From Polypterus senegalus (lineage: Eukaryota), in NCBI RefSeq assembly GCF_016835505.1, contig NC_053155.1:74532088-74596087 (forward strand): a stretch of 64,000 bases of DNA, written 5' to 3'. The position numbers were made by a program, and so were the translations under genes. Within the stretch, counting starts at the first letter, position 1, and each line of letters begins with the position of its first letter. Shown here in pieces: positions 60,810 through 64,000 of the stretch. The notes under the pieces are model-generated. The model was not told where the DNA came from and searched no databases. It was given only the letters and a program-made list of their open reading frames with translations.

Positions 60810-62230
60810 TTTAAATTCTTATTCTGAAATATAATTTATCAGATCCTGCCAAGTTTTGAAAAGGTTTTGTTCAGATCTTCCAAGTGTGAATTTGATTTTT
60901 TCCAATTTTAGATAATATAGAACATCAGTTATCCACGGACATAAAAGAGGGGAGTTAGGATTCTTCCAGTTAAGCAAGATAACTCCACATGTCGATAGTG
61001 TAGTAAAGGCAATTACAGTTTGTTCGTCCTTCTCCACTTTAAGCCCATCTGGATGTACACCAAGCACAGCTTTTAGTGGATTAGGAGGGATTATGACACC
61101 AAGGCTGCCTGAAAGACATTTAAAGATTTTTTGTCCAAAGTGATGTTAATTTGGCGCAGGCCCAAAACATGTGGCCCAGTGAGGCTGGAACTTGATTGCA
61201 ACGTTCGCAGGTTGGATCTTGCCCAAGAACCAATTTGGAAAATTTTAAACGAGAGAGATGCGGTCGATATATAAATTTAAATTGAATAATTGTATGCTTT
61301 ACGCATATGGAGCTCGAGTGAATTCTGTGCATTGCTACCTTACATTCCTTTTCTGAGATGTTGAGTGAGAGATCCTTTTCCCACTGTTCTCTGGGATCTT
61401 TGAAAGGAAGCGACATTAAAATGTTTTTATATATTAAAGAAATGCTGTTTGAGTCCTCAAGACTGATCAATATATCTTCCAGTATATAGGCAGGTGGGAG
61501 GCGAGGTAAATTGGGTAGGTTTTGTTTAACAAAGTTTCTAATTTGAAGGTAGTGAAAGAAATGTGTTGCTGGAAAGTTAAACATGGAGTATAATTGTTCG
61601 TAGGATGCAAAGACATTGTCTATGTACAGAACTCTAAGTGATTTAATACCGGATGTTTTCCAGACATTAAAAACTGCATATATTTGAGAGGGTGGAAAAA
61701 GGTGGTTCTCGTGCAGATGTGCCACAAATAAAAGCTTCTCTATCATAAAATGCTTCCTACATTGGTTCCATTTTCTGAGTGAGTGAAGCACTATTGTGTT
61801 GTTAGTATATCGGCAATGACTTGTGCTTATTGGGGTACAGAGTAAGGAATATAAACAAGTACTGCAAGACTTTATTTCTATTGTGGACCAAGCTTGTGTT
61901 TGCTCGCCTATGTGTGTCAATGTACAGGTTTTTATAGTTTGTATATGCACCACACAGTAATAAAATTGAAAGTTAGGTTAAGCCATGCCACTTTCTTCCT
62001 TAGGTCTTTGTACGGTCACCTTTTGGATAAAAGGATGTTTTGAATTCCAAATAAATGAGGTTATGGTTGAATCTAATTTCTTAAAAAAGTATTTATTGAT
62101 ATATTTTGGAATTTTTTGAAATAGAAAGAGAAGCTTAGGAAGGATATTCATCTTGACTATTTTATTTCTTCTAGCTAAAGTTAAATGAAGGGTAGACCAT
62201 AAAATGATTTTGTACGACACAAAAATGGAT
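60810..62230 (-). mobile_element. L1/Tx1-like LINE ORF2 3' fragment (RT thumb plus Cys-rich C-terminal domain)
   Basis: - strand ORFs read ...KMNILPKLLFLFQKIPKYINKYFFKKLDSTITSFIWNSKHPFIQKVTVQRPKEESGMA (the L1 RT motif), then ...FIYRPHLSRLKFSKLVLGQDPTCERCNQVPASLGHMFWACAKLTSLW (the L1 C-terminal CxC...HxxxC domain), then ...WKNPNSPLLCPWITDVLYYLKLEKIKF. Confidence 0.7.
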
Positions 62231-64000
62231 TTAAAAAAAAATCAATGATACAATATTAATGTTATGCTTTTAGACATTAGTTAAATGCTACAGAGCTGTA
62301 AATATACCTTTATATTTATATCCTTGTAGTGTCTTGATAGGGCTTATGAAAACAGCAACAATATTTATTGTAAGAAAAACCTGTAAAAGATACATACCTT
62401 CATATACACTTGTCTTCTTGCTTTAAATGTTCCTTCAATAGATTTTACATTTATAAAACACACTTAGTTTAACATTTTGAGATATATTAACTGTTCTACC
62501 TGACTACACCAAGAAGAGTGACAAAACATATGTTGCATGCATAAAATAAATAAAATGCAGATCTGACACTTTTGACTTCCTAAATAGCAGAAGGACAATT
62601 TTTTTATTTAGCACATAGTTGTTCTGAACATGTGAAATTTTACTTTGAAATAAAGTGTAAGATTTAGAGAAATAGAGATAATTTTGCCATAAAGAACATT
62701 TCATAGAATAGCAGTGATTGTTATCTCAACAGTTCAGTAAGAATATTGAAATGTCATAGAGCATGGAGAATGTGCCACAGTCATAATATATATATATATA
62801 TATATAAGATATTCAACCACTGAGAGACAAATGAGGGTCATGTGGCACACACACTCTTCGTCTCGTTGAGCAACACTCTAGATGGATACCCACAAAGTGT
62901 CCATCCCCTCTTACTTGCCATCTTAAAAACCTTTCGTTAATTCACCTCAAGGAATAATCTTATTACAAATGTGTTGATTATTATTTGCCCTTAATAAGTT
63001 CAACCATTAGAGTTACTCAGTAGCAAATGTAAAAATCTCATTTTTTTCAGCATGCTTAAATAGTTAAAAATTCTGAATAAGTATTGCAGTCGACATAAGC
63101 ATGTAATACTGGCATTTTTTTGCTACAATATCGTTTCAAATTCTTTTGAAATACAATCACATCAGTATTCAATTGTGTTTTAGAGATATTGAGGTTAAAA
63201 GGTATACAGATTCAACAAAAAGGCAACATTTATTGAGGTTTTTTAGTTTTTTTTAATATAATTTTTATGTAAAAAATGTTAAAAATTTTTAACAGCCTAT
63301 AATTAGCGTTGGACTATTACAGCACTTTCTTTAGACTATAATGAAAATAACTGCAAAATTTAAAAGACATTTCTGGAGTGGTTTTCATGTGATGCTCGAA
63401 AGACAGACAGAAACAAATTCAACTTTATATGTACAGTATATATAAATGTATAAAACAATAAGATATATAATATAAATAGGTTCTAAGTAAAGAGTCACTC
63501 CTTCCAAGCAATTTCTAATAAAAGATACTATTGACTTGTTGCTATCTAGCAGATATATACTGCTGTCAATTTAGCATTATTTCAGCTGATAACAGGAAAT
63601 TTCAATGAGGCAGTCTCTGTTTTTATTTTTTCATAGACAAACAAATCTAAAATTTTATTAGCCTATATTCTAAGTTAAGCTATACCAGAAATAATAACGT
63701 TTTTCCATGATTCTCTAACAGATCGTATAGATACATAATTCACATATGCAATAATGTAAAATTAAGCATACAGCAGCTGAAGTCATATTCTTATGTGGTA
63801 TTAGGTCTTATAATAAAAAAATCTATTGATCATAAAATAAAAATTTCAGGGAAAACATAAAACATTCTATATATTCATTATTTTTCTTTGCTAATTATAA
63901 ACTACTTAATACAAGTGTTTTTCTGCTACAAAAAAAACAGTATTTTATTTACAATATACATATGTATACACATAAACATACAAAATCTTATTTTGTGATA

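Noticed and set aside
61120-61953. 277-aa ORF on the - strand as a host gene
   Set aside because: It carries the L1/Tx1 ORF2 C-terminal Cys-rich signature (C..C......H.FW.C) together with upstream L1 RT thumb motifs. It is a LINE fragment.

Overview
This window is vertebrate DNA, almost certainly teleost fish. The sequence has introns with GT-AG boundaries, fish-type Tc1/mariner elements, LINEs and SINEs, and (TA)n/(CA)n microsatellites. It is not prokaryotic: there are no CRISPR arrays, operons or rRNA/tRNA genes. Two host genes lie tail-to-tail. On the + strand, five exons (5201-23862) encode one complete extended Tudor domain and end in a stop codon. Because RNF17 and CENPJ are neighbours in human, I call this the 3' end of an rnf17-like gene. 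On the - strand, twelve exons (59927 down to 41203) give a phase-consistent model of the centrosomal gene cenpj/CPAP, including its large ~1.57 kb exon, coiled-coil exons and C-terminal G-box repeats. Further cenpj exons should lie beyond 59927. Transposable elements fill the rest: Rex1-like, CR1-like (two copies), a near full-length APE+RT LINE on - (32.8-36.2 kb) and an L1-like fragment; nine Tc1/mariner elements or fragments; two non-autonomous Helitron-like elements; SINE heads and tails. The main things worth a second look are one apparently intact Tc1-like transposon with perfect 31-bp terminal inverted repeats (48253-49482), the Helitron-like pair (14871-16386 and 25869-27249) carrying helicase, OTU-protease and gag-like fragments, an end-to-end Tc1 junction, and a pair of ~1 kb unclassified repeats. 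Every family assignment is from reading translations and motifs by eye; no database search was possible.
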